A stretch of DNA of 64,000 bases, taken from Cyanidioschyzon merolae. Its lineage: Eukaryota. The translations under genes and the position numbers were made by a program. Shown one piece after another: positions 19,841 to 31,328 of this stretch. The notes beneath the pieces are model-generated. The model saw only the letters and a program-made list of their open reading frames with translations, ran no database searches and had not been told where the DNA came from. How positions within the stretch are numbered: position 1 is the first letter of the stretch; each line of letters begins with the position of its first letter. The stretch lies in assembly GCA_000091205.1 (NCBI GenBank), contig AP006489.2. One strand, 5' to 3'.

Positions 19841-21871
19841 CTATGAATCAGGGAAATCGACCTTTCGTGGCGTGTGTTGGCAGACACCCGGGTCGGTGAA
19901 TGCATCGCCCACGGGCTCCAGATAGACCACAATACAGGTGGTGTCATCAATGACGGATTCCTCGGCCATCCACCGACGCACAGCTTCCTGCACGAGTTGT
20001 TCTGCAACAGCTTGCGGCGACTCGCCTTGATCCTTACGTCTGCCAACGAACTGCACTACATCATCACTGCTGAGGAATTCCCAGATACCGTCGCTACCGA
20101 GTACAATGAACGCATCAGCCGGGCATACCTCCAGGTGATAAATTTCCGGATCGGCGATCACACCGATGTTCTCCACGACCTGGTCACCGAAAGAACGGCT
20201 CATGGCGAGGCCAGGGACTCGAGTTGTCGGTAGCCACACTCGCGCCGGTCCTATATTGCCATGCCAGGACTCTACGTGGCCTCCCAGGTTCTGGATGCGT
20301 TTCCGCTCATCGGGACGGTCGGGCTTGTGGTCGACACTCAGGGCCACCGCGTAATATCGCGCCTGTTTGCTGCGCGTCGCTGCGGCATCGTCAGACGCCC
20401 CGCGTCCAGTCAGCCTTCGACCGAGGACCGCTCGAGAGTCACCGACGTTTGCGCAGAAGAGTTCGCGGCCGTGAAGCAGGACAATGATGCCCGTGGTGCC
20501 GCTAAATCGCGAGTCGATCCCGCCCAGCCCGTCATCCTCATCGTCCACGTCTGGAATAGATTCCATGCTGGTTGATGGTCGCGAATTTTCCCGAACTGTT
20601 GCCACCGCCTGATGCAGCATCGATTTCATGTTGTTCCAGAGGTAGGCAAATGCATCGGTTTCTGGCTCGAGTTCCAGAAGCTCACCGCGTGCAGTCAAGA
20701 GCTGCTCGGCATTCAAACATGTCCGCCGTAGTGCCTCGGCGGGCTTGTCATGGAGCGCGTGATCGTAGAGGAAGCGCGCAAGCAGTTTCGGAACAATGTT
20801 TCGAATGTAGTGCGAACAGAGACGTCCAGCGACACCATGTCCATCGAACACCGCCCACAGGGCATCGGACAAAACATGCGGTGGAATGTTGCTCCCTGTC
20901 GCACGCAGAATCATTTCGTGATACTGTACGGAGGCACCCTTCACGTTCGGGTTCTCTGGCAAATGCCGCAAACTCAGATGACGTGGAGTCATGACTGTCA
21001 CAGTCGCAAGCGACGCCTCCGGATCATCGAAGGTGCGCGTTCCCGAACTATCCTCCATGAGATTGTCGAGGCCATCTCGGGTTGAGATGCGTCGCTCGAG
21101 CTTCGACGGCTGACGCGGAATGCACTGCATGTCGCAGGGTTTTGCAACCTCGTTTTCACCTCTTGGGGCCAAGGTCGAGCAAGTCCACGCTGGGACCAAA
21201 GGCATCAATACGCACGCGGAATCCTGGTTCTCCTTGCCTTTCCGCACGGGTTCCCAGCCGGTTCTGGAAACAACGCCCGCGGATAAACGCAGCGCAGGTC
21301 GGGCGGCAGGCGGCTCCAGCGGCAGTTCATAGGACAACTCCGAGTGCAGAACCTCTGCAGCACTATCCTGCTTGGTGATAGGCAGTGGTCGCACTACGGC
21401 TCCCTTATCGTCAAACTGAACCTTATACTCTTGAAAGTGGTGATGCGCACGGTTCCGGTTACTTTCTTCGTCTGCGGCGGCAGCCTCGCCGTCCAGGGGA
21501 AGCGTTCCCTCGTTCGCGACTGAGAGGCGCCTTCTGGCCCCCAAAAAGGAGAAAAAGAAACGGTCAGACCGGCGGTCAAGCGAAAGTCGGCCGCCGGAGC
21601 TCTCCGAGGCGGCGCCAACTGCCGCGCCCTCCTGCTCTCCAGCAGCGGCACTTGACTGCTGTTGCGACTTGTGCTCCGTGCGACCGCCACCAGCGTTAGG
21701 TTGCACCCCCGCTGCTGTGCTCCGTTCCCCGGGAACTGAAGAAGCGCCCCTGTTCTTCTTCTGCGCGGTCGTTGAACTGGTCGGTTGCTGGGAGCCTCCG
21801 TTGTGAACTGTGTCCACGCAGTCGTCGTCGAGTTTCGTGTCGAGGTCCAACTTGGACTTGCAGAGACCCAT
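19841..21871 (-). CDS. Protein phosphatase 2C (PPM family) with an N-terminal MGxxxS acylation motif and a long low-complexity N-terminal region
   Basis: PP2C motifs LWAVFDGHGVAG, NVGDSRAVLG, VLGSDGIWEF and DDTTCIVVYL. The N-terminus MGLCKSK has Gly2/Cys4, consistent with myristoylation/palmitoylation. Confidence 0.85.
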   Translation of the reverse strand: MGLCKSKLDLDTKLDDDCVDTVHNGGSQQPTSSTTAQKKNRGASSVPGERSTAAGVQPNAGGGRTEHKSQQQSSAAAGEQEGAAVGAASESSGGRLSLDRRSDRFFFSFLGARRRLSVANEGTLPLDGEAAAADEESNRNRAHHHFQEYKVQFDDKGAVVRPLPITKQDSAAEVLHSELSYELPLEPPAARPALRLSAGVVSRTGWEPVRKGKENQDSACVLMPLVPAWTCSTLAPRGENEVAKPCDMQCIPRQPSKLERRISTRDGLDNLMEDSSGTRTFDDPEASLATVTVMTPRHLSLRHLPENPNVKGASVQYHEMILRATGSNIPPHVLSDALWAVFDGHGVAGRLCSHYIRNIVPKLLARFLYDHALHDKPAEALRRTCLNAEQLLTARGELLELEPETDAFAYLWNNMKSMLHQAVATVRENSRPSTSMESIPDVDDEDDGLGGIDSRFSGTTGIIVLLHGRELFCANVGDSRAVLGRRLTGRGASDDAAATRSKQARYYAVALSVDHKPDRPDERKRIQNLGGHVESWHGNIGPARVWLPTTRVPGLAMSRSFGDQVVENIGVIADPEIYHLEVCPADAFIVLGSDGIWEFLSSDDVVQFVGRRKDQGESPQAVAEQLVQEAVRRWMAEESVIDDTTCIVVYLEPVGDAFTDPGVCQHTPRKVDFPDS

Positions 21872-22224
21872 GACTCTTCGCCGCTACTTCGATTCCAAAG
21901 CGTTACGAAGTTCCGTCGCAAGTCGAGCGCCGATCTATAATCGTTACGGTGCCGTACTCCAGTGAGAGGCACACGCTGTACGCAGAGCAAGGTTCACCAA
22001 CAAGGTAGCGCAGGGAGTCGTGTCCAGTGCGTTTCTCGCTCTGACTCTGTCTCTGACTTTGCCCGGCTGCTTATCCCGTGTGGACACGTCCGAACACGTG
22101 TACGTCATTTGCGCGTGGCGATGGCGGCGGTGATGGCGCGTCGTTGGCGGGCGCGTCATCCCCGCTGCTGCTCGAAGCGCTTGATGAGGCCTCTGCTCCG
22201 CTGGTACCAGGTACACGTCGTTGG

Positions 22225-22805
22225 TTGTATCGGGTACTGGAACACCAGTGCCTACAACGACTTGTGAAGAGAACTTGTTTCCTGTGTATATTCGGCGGTA
22301 CATAACACCAGTACCTACAACGACTTGTCAAGAGAAGTTGTTTCCTGTGTATATTCGGCGGTACATAACACCAGTACCTACAACGACTTGTCAAGGGAAC
22401 TTGTTTCCTGTGTATATTCGGCGGTACATACCACCAGTACCTACAACGACTTGTCAAGAGAACTTGTTTCCTGTGTATATTCGGCGGTACATACCACCAG
22501 TACCTACAACGACTTGTCAAGAGAACTTGTTTCCTGTGTATATTCGGCGGTACATAACACCAGTACCTACAACGACTTGTCAAGAGAACTTGTTTCCTGT
22601 GTATATTCGGCGGTACATAACACCAGTACCTACAACGACTTGTCAAGAGAACTTGTTTCCTGTGTATATTCGGCGGTACATAACACCAGTACCTACAACG
22701 ACTTGTCAAGAGAACTTGTTTCCTGTGTATATTCGGCGGTACATAACACCAGTACCTACAACGACTTGTCAAGAGAACTTGTTTCCTGTGTATATTCGGC
22801 GGTAC
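22225..22805. repeat. Minisatellite, 60-bp unit x ~9.7 (cggtacataacaccagtacctacaacgacttgtcaagagaacttgtttcctgtgtatattcgg), abutting the inner end of the right inverted-repeat arm
   Basis: The periodicity is obvious in the sequence. The track ORFs 22221..22880 (repeating PVPTTTCQENLFPVYIRRYIT), 22325..22834 and 22071..22856 are translations of the array. The unit's last ~20 bp (tgtgtatattcggcggtacat) is the terminal sequence of the IR arm. Confidence 0.92.
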
Positions 22806-24093
22806 ATGGCTCTTGTTGGCATTGCTTGCACTGAACGGAAGCATGCTGTGCTGCACAGATGGGAATCGAATTGGACCTAAACTGGATGATGAGGTTGCTT
22901 TTCATCGCAAGTACGCAGCGTTTCAGCACAATATCTACACGGTGTACGATACAGCAGTCTCGTATGTTTGCTAGATACAGAGGCGCTGGACGCTGCGGAA
23001 GCACGAGAAAGTTCTGGATGCTGATCGAGTCGTTCAAGTCTGTGACGAAACGCGTAATGCCTGCGCGCAAGGTTGCAGATGGAGTCACACTGTAGCGGGC
23101 CGCCAGCCTCTGCATAGCGTGCTGTGTGATGCTCAGTCGACTGCTGGGGCATCATTTCATGGGGACAATGCTGTTTCTGGCACAGCCTGTCTAGGTATTT
23201 CAGCGTGCATCTGAGCACGTGATGCCTATATTTCGTCCTAAAGGCGTCGACAGGCACTGTAGGCAGTCGGATCATTTACGAGCGCGCTATGCGCCCGCCG
23301 AAGGGGCATCAGTACAGCCTTTATACGCTGCCGCATGTGCAGTGTCATAGGCTGGGGCGCAAACAATCGCGGCTATCGGGTCAGTGCCAGTTTCAACTCA
23401 TCTAAGAACACAACGGATGCCTGCTTCTTGTCCGCGTGCAACCGATATTGCTGGCGGCACTAGCGTCATCTCATGGACGCTTGCCAAAGACCGGGCACAG
23501 GAGCCGTGTGTGGACGCTCACATACGCTTGACAGGAAACGCTCTGTTCTGGATCAAGTGGAAGCGCAGGGTACAACGAAGAAAGTCATTCCGTTGCGACC
23601 TTCCTTTGTGTGCCATGTTCATCCGTACGATCGTATGCCAAGCGCCATGATGCGTTTGGACGCTCTGAAGCGATTCTCGCTTTCGTTGCGATATCGCTTC
23701 CGCCATAACCAGCTCGTCATTTGTCTCCAACGACACAGTGAGAATTCCTTCCGCCGTTTCCTGCTATGATCGACGAGCGAGGTTACGGTATAATGCCCGT
23801 ATCGTTTGCCGCATGAAGCGCTCGGTATCGACCCGCATCTTGTTGCCGAGCCCTAATGGATCCTCTGTGACAACCTGCACGGTGGATGTTCTAAACGCCG
23901 ATGTGGTGCGGTAACGTGTCAAGGTATTCTGGGAAGCGCATGTGTGCACTGTTAATTCTACGATCATCCGTTGTGATGTCGCATAAAGGGTTTGATCGAA
24001 AACTTCCGGAAGCATGTGAACAGCTGGCAACGAAACGAGCGGAAACCCTGCGAATGTCTTCGTAACGAGGTACGTCAAATCGAAATAAATTAG
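22783..24093. repeat. Right arm of the ~1.3-kb inverted repeat (partner 9105..10406)
   Basis: See the left-arm entry. The reverse-complement match begins at tgtatattcggcggtacatggctc (22783) and runs to ~24093. Confidence 0.9.
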
Positions 24094-25754
24094 GTTAGCC
24101 TTGCTCATGCAAGATGCCTCAACATCGTCGATGGTATTCCGCAACTTTCGATGTCATCCATGCAAACGACTCGTATACTAGTCCGAATACATGAAATTGG
24201 CCTCTGATATCAGAGAAGACGCCTGGACTCTACATATCCGACGAGAAAAAGTCCGGCACGAAGAGCATCTCGAAGCATATCTATGCTGCGTACGCCTCCA
24301 CAGCCACGGACGATGGAAAGCGACGCTATCAAAAAGCAGGGCAGGAGCATTTCGAATACGGAAGCTATGAGTTTCCGCGAATACGAAGGATGAGGCGCTG
24401 GTGGATTCTTCTCGTTGGGCGGTTCGTAGACGACCACAAGACGGCATCGCCGCTGGAGCTGATATTGTCATTAATCTCGCGAGTCTCTGCTTTACAGCCA
24501 ATGGTTTTGCCCTCGTTGAATAACCATACGCAGATCCACCGTTTCAGCTGAAGAAACGCTCATCGACTGAAGAAAGAAACCGACGTTTCTTTGCTCCATA
24601 CCGATCGCTGATTTCTAGGATCTCCCTGGGTGCTTGTTCGGTGGAAGGCTGTCGTGCATGAGCTAGGACTCATTTGTTGCGACTGTGTCCCAGTATTTTC
24701 AGGACCACGAATCCAAGCGGTTGAGAAACTGAGACGTCTGTGGCGGCTTCCATCGTTGCTTTCGCTTTCCGTAAGGTGATCAACAGGACTTTTTCTACCA
24801 TGGACGGCAAGCACTGTTTTAGAGTATTGGTTTTCGGGTAGAGCGCATCTGGTTTCTTTCAGTGTTGTTCATTCATCTGCGTATTTTCGTATGACTAACT
24901 TCAAGGAGAAATACAGTCCTCCTTGCACTGTTCAGAAAAGAACCTATATCCCAAAACGCAACTTATCTCCGATCTATAGTATACATTACATCGTAATGTC
25001 GGTTTCTTGCTACACATCACATCAAGGATGAAACAAATAACAAAGTTGAGAGACTATAAAGAAGCCTGTGATTGTAGTATGCGGCACTGGACTCGGAAAC
25101 GCGGGGCATTGAGGAAAGTCTTCTGTACCCGCCAAGGGCATAAGCCGAGCGGTGATGCACGCTTTCTCGCGCCAATGGGTGGCGCTCGAAGGGAGCGGTT
25201 CGGTTGACCTACGGGAACTCCTGATCACAGCCAGATGTCACAGCTGGGAGCGGCGCTCCGAGTCTCAATGTAAAGGAGTTGTGAAGGCCAAGCGAACCCA
25301 GATGACAACTTGTGCATGAAAAACCTCGAGAACAACCTGAAGCACCGTATTCGCAACCTGAATGCTGTCTTCGACATCCCTCCGCTGCTGAAAATACAGC
25401 TGGCGTCATTGCAGACACCGATGTAATTTAAAGTAGAAAATGAGATAGAGAAAAAAAGCAGACGCAGAAAAGACCCCTCAAACGCGTGTGTTGATGACTG
25501 CTGGAAGAGCATCAAACTCTGGTACCTGCCTACCTATCTACCTATATGTGTGTATGTGTGGTCTTGGACGTCTGTCCATTTTACGCTTCCAAGACTATCG
25601 AAGCACAGAGAGGAACGCGGCAGCTGGTGACTGACGATGGCCCTGACGCCCAGCGCGCCCGGTCGCCACACTGCCCGAGCTGAACGCTGCGTCTTTACCC
25701 AAGCGGAGCGTTCGAAGCGTTCATAGCAGCTGGCGTACTGCCGCTGCCATAGTT

Positions 25755-27713
25755 ATGGAAAACTTGCTCTTCCAGGCAGAAGGAATCGGAACCGGGAACG
25801 ACACCGATTCTGAACCCGGCGATGAGCGCAACTCAACAACCGAGCTCTGGGAGCACAGCGCTGCGGCACTGGCGCGCAACCCCTGCGGCTGTCCTGCAGA
25901 AGAAAGCCAAGCACGATGTTGCCGCGACCTAGACGCTAGGCAAAACTCCCATAGTCATCCGGAACAACGAGCGATCGTCTGTACGCACGAGGCGGTGTTC
26001 AGCCTCGACGAACGCGGCTCAGTAGCGGCTCCGTCGCTGGATACCCGACACTTACTTGCTGAGCCACCGGCACTCGCAACCTCGCTTGGCACCCATTATC
26101 GGCAAATTGGGCTTGCCGTTCCGCCAAATGGGGAACTGCAGTGCTTCACGCCTCGAGGAGAGGCGCTTTCAGCCTACTGGCGAACGAGTCAACTCGGGGG
26201 GCCTGTCACGAGTACCTGCGTCGGCGAACTGGATCCGCTCGAGCACGTCGCTAACCAGACCGTGCTGGACGCGACATCGAGCCGGGGGCTCACTACACCC
26301 GCAGAGCACCATGAAAAGGGCATTGCAGAGCCAGTGACGACGCAACCCGTTTTCCGAATCGTTCTCACAGGTGGTCCGTGCGCCGGCAAGACCACTGCAA
26401 TGGCCCTGTTGGCTGAAAGGTTCCGTTCCCGCGGTTTCCGGGTATTCCTCGTACCAGAGGCTGCAACGCTGCTCTTTACGGGCGGTGCCGGCCAGGCGAA
26501 TATCACTGGAGACTCAGAGTGTCGGATCCTGTTCCAGAGCATTCTAGCTCGCCTCCAGATCACACTGGAGGACGGTTTCTTCGCGCTGGCACAACAGTGT
26601 CGAGCGCCGTCTATCGTTCTCTGTGATCGCGGCTTCCTCGATGGTCGTGCCTACATGTCTGGAGACGAGTATACCGAAATGCTTGGTCAAAACGCATGGA
26701 ATCTGATCGAGATGCGCGATCAGCGGTACGACGCTGTCTTGCACCTGGTGACTGCAGCGGATGGAGCGGAATCGTTTTACACCTGCGAGGGCCACGCTGC
26801 GCGTTCGGAAAGCCTCCGTGAAGCACGACAAGTGGACGCTCGAACCCGGGAAGCTTGGTCGGGTCATCCGCGCCTGTACGTTATCGAAAATCGCAATCGC
26901 TGGCTGGCAGAGCATTCATCGACGTGCTCTCTGGACGAGGCCCCAGCCGCTGCACCACCGAATGACCAAGAATTCCTACCGCTGGGGCACTGCACACCGT
27001 CTCCAGGTTTCGCGGAGAAAATGGAACGTCTCTTCTCCATCGTTTGCCGGCTTGTTGGCTTGCCAACTCCGGCCCATATGCTGGATCGCAAGTTCCTTCT
27101 CACGCCCGACGCGAACATGGTGAATCATTTGCGAGCAGATCCACATGTTCGTGGCCTGCAGACGTTTCGCGTTGAGCAGACATTCCTCATTCGCGCGCAG
27201 GCCTCTAGTAGCAATGACAAGTCGGATCCCAAGAACCAATCCCAGGCACCAGTGTTTTGGGCCAGTCAGCAAGAGCATGTGCGGCGGCGAGGTCGAGACG
27301 GTTTCCATAGCTACACGCACTGCATCCGCCGCCGCTATGCAGAATGGAGTCACCAGCAATCGAATCCAATCTCAGAGCGCAAAGCACAGCCGTGGGTTGA
27401 ACTGCGCCGCAACATCAGCCTCCAAGAGTATCATTTGTTGCTGGGGTACGCAGACCCACGTCATCGGACGCTTTTAGTATGGCGTTCCTGTTTCTTCTAT
27501 CACAATGCTTACTTTGTTCTAGACCAGATAGAGAACGCAAACGTTGGGCCGGTGGCGCTTCTTCGAACGAGCGCTTCGTCAACGTCGCGCTCGGGGTCGA
27601 CGGACGCGCCGACGCCTGCGGGACTCCCGCTCAGCAACTGCGTTCGCTGTGAAGTGACCGCTGATGCGAGGTACGCATTCTACGCCCTGTCTCGACGCTG
27701 TCCATGTAGTTAG
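25755..27713 (+). CDS. P-loop NTPase domain protein (AAA_28/NadR-kinase-like core) with long N- and C-terminal extensions
   Basis: Walker A FRIVLTGGPCAGKTTAMALLAERF. A downstream IVLCDRGFLDGRAYM motif is typical of this small-kinase-like P-loop fold. 652-aa ORF. The N-terminal ~190 aa are low-complexity, so the start is uncertain. Confidence 0.5.
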   Translation: MENLLFQAEGIGTGNDTDSEPGDERNSTTELWEHSAAALARNPCGCPAEESQARCCRDLDARQNSHSHPEQRAIVCTHEAVFSLDERGSVAAPSLDTRHLLAEPPALATSLGTHYRQIGLAVPPNGELQCFTPRGEALSAYWRTSQLGGPVTSTCVGELDPLEHVANQTVLDATSSRGLTTPAEHHEKGIAEPVTTQPVFRIVLTGGPCAGKTTAMALLAERFRSRGFRVFLVPEAATLLFTGGAGQANITGDSECRILFQSILARLQITLEDGFFALAQQCRAPSIVLCDRGFLDGRAYMSGDEYTEMLGQNAWNLIEMRDQRYDAVLHLVTAADGAESFYTCEGHAARSESLREARQVDARTREAWSGHPRLYVIENRNRWLAEHSSTCSLDEAPAAAPPNDQEFLPLGHCTPSPGFAEKMERLFSIVCRLVGLPTPAHMLDRKFLLTPDANMVNHLRADPHVRGLQTFRVEQTFLIRAQASSSNDKSDPKNQSQAPVFWASQQEHVRRRGRDGFHSYTHCIRRRYAEWSHQQSNPISERKAQPWVELRRNISLQEYHLLLGYADPRHRTLLVWRSCFFYHNAYFVLDQIENANVGPVALLRTSASSTSRSGSTDAPTPAGLPLSNCVRCEVTADARYAFYALSRRCPCS

Positions 27714-28850
27714 CGTCGGTAACCGTTGCGAGGAACGCACGAGGTCGCAACGCGAAGATGTGACGGGAGGCCAGCGAACGCGCTCGAGTCCGGGGCGCAG
27801 GTGGATGCGCACTGCCGGAAATAGATGGACATGATGGAACAAGACTGAATATTTGCGTACAGCGACAATACCGTGCATGCGTTCGTTTCCTTCAACGCCT
27901 TCGAAGAGAATACCTTCCTCCGGGGCACCTGTTTCGGTGTCGATGACACCATCGAGTCGTCGATTATCGTGGCTATAACATTGTGGCGATTCGTTTGCCT
28001 GGAGAGCGACGCCAGTGTGTCGTGTTCACCACGGCCGTCGCTGAGCTCGTGGTGGTGCGGACGCACGTGGATAACGCGCCACGGGCCACCACCTTCAACA
28101 GGCCGCTGCAGGCACGTCAATGCTCGCTGCACGACAACTTTTCATATGTCTCTGGATTCTCCCGACGCAAGCATTAACCGCATCGTAGTGGCTCAAGAGC
28201 CGGTCCGATGCAGGGGCGCAACAGGTTAGCGTCTGTGTCGAGGCTTTTCATTGAGGCGACGGAACGGATCAGGTAGCAAAACGGGAGCGCACTCCCCGGG
28301 CGCCTGACTTGCATAAGCACGATGGCGCGCGAGGATTGCAGAGTTACCGCAGGTCGATGATGGGCACGAGTGACGGCGCAAGAAGGCCGTTTCGTACACC
28401 TTTCTCTCGATTTCATTCGAAGAGGTATGTGTATGGTCATTAAAGAACATGCGAGGGATGAGCCAAATGCATTGGACAGCACGCTTGTTGTCTGGGAATG
28501 CGCAAATCGGTAGCAACAGAAGCAGCGGCAATTCGGTCGCCTCCTGGCCTTAGCTGCTGGCCCTGCACGGCTGCGGGTGCAGCGCCCCGGACGCTTCGGA
28601 TGGTATGGACGGCCTCAAGCGTGAGGACCAGAGTTTGAACCTCGCAGATTCTCGAAACGCATCCCATGAGCGGGGCGATATGGTTCGCGTTCATCACTGG
28701 GCCATAGAATGCAGGAGGTGATCAACCAGCACGATCTCTTTATTGAGGAACGAATTGGCGCTCGGGTTACGATTGCCTACGCAAGAACGTTTCCTATAGG
28801 CACGTTCCAGGGAAGAACACGCACATGATGATTTCCGATGAATCCAGGGT

Positions 28851-29789
28851 TCACTTTTTGCCGCTGATATCGTTAACTTTTGTTTTCCCCGAGCTCGATC
28901 CGCTTTTGGATGGCCCGACTTGCACGGATGCCGGCCGACTCGTTGCGAGAATCGATAGGAACATGTTATAAGCAATTTGAATTGAGTTGATGTAAAGAAG
29001 GCGCTGACTCGGTGGAACGAAGCGAAAGTTAATGGCGTGCGCAACGGGCCAGACCGACCACGAGGCGCGAACTCCCGTGAACGTATCTGCCTTGATTTTC
29101 TTCACGGTTTCCTCAGTCGATGCACCGCTCAGCAAGCTTGTGTATCCCAGGAAAATTGCGGTGAATATGGGCGCCCACAGCAGCTGGTCAAGTGCAACTT
29201 TGGAGACCACTTCCCGCACGCCGGTTCCCTTGATCATCTGATCCAGAAATTGGTACCAATAATGGCCCGTTGATCCGTGAATGAGGAATCCAAACGACAT
29301 CATGCGGAAAAGGCGCTTCTTATCCAGTTTCTGCTTATCTAAAAAGTGCTGCGCTAGCACGTCGCCTAACCCGAAACCAACTAGAGACGTGAACATCTTC
29401 GTCAAAAGCGGCCGCTTAGCCAGGTTTTGGAGGTAGAGCGCCCACAGGGCAGCGAGCGGGTTCGGTCGACCCGACGCGCCGCCACCACCTCCGCCACCAC
29501 CACCACCACCTCCGCCACCACCACCGCTGCCGCTGCGACTACCACCGCTACCTCCCGTTCCTCCGTACGCAGGAGCCGCAGTACCCTCAGGCGGAACAGC
29601 GAAGCAGGCGCGCATCCGACGCTGCATCGGGGCGCCCTGCGCGCTCGCGCCGAGCGGTCGCCGGTGCCCCTGCGCCGGCACCCTGCGCCCCACAGAGCAA
29701 CGAAGAGGTGTCGTGTGCACAACCCCGCACGTCCTCGCGGAACGCCCAGGTACCTGCAGCAAACCCGACACAAAACATACGTCAATCAT
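28851..29789 (-). CDS. Mpv17/PMP22-family membrane protein; the N-terminus is probably over-extended (poly-Gly tract encoded by (GGN)n)
   Basis: LWALYLQNLAKRPLLTKMFTSLVGFGLGDVLAQ aligns with the Mpv17 N-terminus (LWRAYQ…GLGDIISQ). The C-terminal WPVAHAINFRFVPPSQRLLYINSIQIAYNMFLS is the family's conserved block. The poly-G run is encoded at ~29455-29550. Confidence 0.75.
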   Translation of the reverse strand: MIDVCFVSGLLQVPGRSARTCGVVHTTPLRCSVGRRVPAQGHRRPLGASAQGAPMQRRMRACFAVPPEGTAAPAYGGTGGSGGSRSGSGGGGGGGGGGGGGGGGASGRPNPLAALWALYLQNLAKRPLLTKMFTSLVGFGLGDVLAQHFLDKQKLDKKRLFRMMSFGFLIHGSTGHYWYQFLDQMIKGTGVREVVSKVALDQLLWAPIFTAIFLGYTSLLSGASTEETVKKIKADTFTGVRASWSVWPVAHAINFRFVPPSQRLLYINSIQIAYNMFLSILATSRPASVQVGPSKSGSSSGKTKVNDISGKK

Positions 29790-31078
29790 TTAAAAGACTC
29801 GCTTCGGTTGTGGAAAGATGGATCCGCACACAAGTTCGCGCACGAAACCGCTGCCGCTCACTACCGTTACCGGCTGACTCAAGCGACACCACAGCGCGTA
29901 CGCTCGTGCAAAGCGCGCCGGCGATTCGAGCGAGCGTTACGCGCAGTCATCGAAGCGCAGCTGGCGCTGCCGGTGTCTGTCGATGATGATCACGGAGGTG
30001 CGCGCGCACCAGCGAGATCGTCGAATGCACGCCACGTTGCATCGTGTGTGTGCGCGCGCGATCTGAAGCAGCAGGCGTGCAACAGTGCCTTGAGTGTGCG
30101 TGTACGTGTGCGTGTGCGCCTGCTGCTGGCACGGTATGCTGGAACGGATGCGTTGGCGAGCGTGCCTTTGTTGTGGTACGCGTTCGCTGGAGCGAGTGCC
30201 CGCTATTCGGGAAGCACTGTGATGCTCGTGGCGGTATTTCCATGAGGTAGGTGTCGGGAGCGGATACGAGTCTAGCCGTACGATCAACTTGCAGAGCGTT
30301 GGGTACTGTCCAGTGCATCCTGGGAGCGGTACTGGGTGATGCGGAATCGAGGCCACCACCGATACGCGAGCGCCAGTATCTCGTTGGGCGGCACGCGGGC
30401 GTTGGTCGGTGTCAGCGCGCGGTTCATAGGGTGCAACTGGGCAGACGGGCGGGTGCGGCGGCGGTCCCTATGCGTTCGTATGTAGGCTATCGTTTGACTC
30501 CAGGTGGCTCTGTTTCGGACGGCGTTTGTCGGGGACTTCAGCGCACCTGCTCGTAATTTTCGCTGAAGATCGTCATGGGAACGACTTCGAGTGGGTACGT
30601 TCCGCTCGCAGAGAATGGGGGTTTTCTGAAACCCGACTGAGCACCTCACACTGCAACTGCGATTCTTGAGTTCCTGTTGATCTGGATGGTTTCCAGTTGG
30701 AAATCAATACGGGGGACTCTTGTTGCCAAATTGACAGTGGCGGCTGATAGACAAGACCTGCAGAGTGGATTCTACCGGGCCTTCGATTCCCGTTCGGGAT
30801 TCCGCGCTGCATGCGAATACCCGGAGGCGACGACGTGACCGCCGCCTGGTATGAGCCTGGTGTGACCCAGGCCATAAAGTCATCTGTTTGTGATGCCCAT
30901 GCAGCATGCGATTCAAGGCGCTGTCATGGCGCCCGCTGCCTACTACCGTCCCGAGTCGGATACGCACCAATCTGAGATCACTGGAGTGCAGTGGCTGCCT
31001 CCGCGATATTCACGCGTGTGCTTTACGAACCATCCTTTTCGGATGTGCGAGCGCACGATCGGCTGCACTGGAAAGCGA

Positions 31079-31328
31079 TATTGTGTAACCACCGCAAGGA
31101 AGCCGCCCTTGTTAAACGCAATGCGATGCTGAATACGACTGTCGATTTCGCGATCAAGCCAATATTGTGTAACCACCGCTAGGAAGCCGACCCTGTTAAA
31201 AGCGATACCACACAGAATATGACTGTCGATTTCGCGATCAGGCCAATATTGTGTAACCACCGCAAGGAAGCCGACCCTGTTAAAAGCGATACCACACAGA
31301 ATACGACTGTCGATTTCGCGATCATGCC
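31079..31328. repeat. Tandem repeat, 84-bp unit x 3 (atattgtgtaaccaccgcaaggaagccgaccctgttaaaagcgataccacacagaatacgactgtcgatttcgcgatca…)
   Basis: Unit starts at 31079, 31163 and 31247. Track ORF 30943..31449(-) shows the repeated peptide DREIDS(R/H)ILCGIAFNRVGFLAVVTQYW. Confidence 0.85.

Noticed and set aside
22071-22880. 261-aa, 219-aa and 169-aa ORFs with perfect 20-aa peptide repeats
   Set aside because: They are translations of the 60-bp minisatellite in three frames; not coding.
29427-30245. 272-aa ORF on the + strand, antisense to the Mpv17 gene
   Set aside because: It fully overlaps a well-supported gene on the other strand. Its composition is low-complexity T/A/R-rich, typical of an antisense frame of GC-rich coding DNA.
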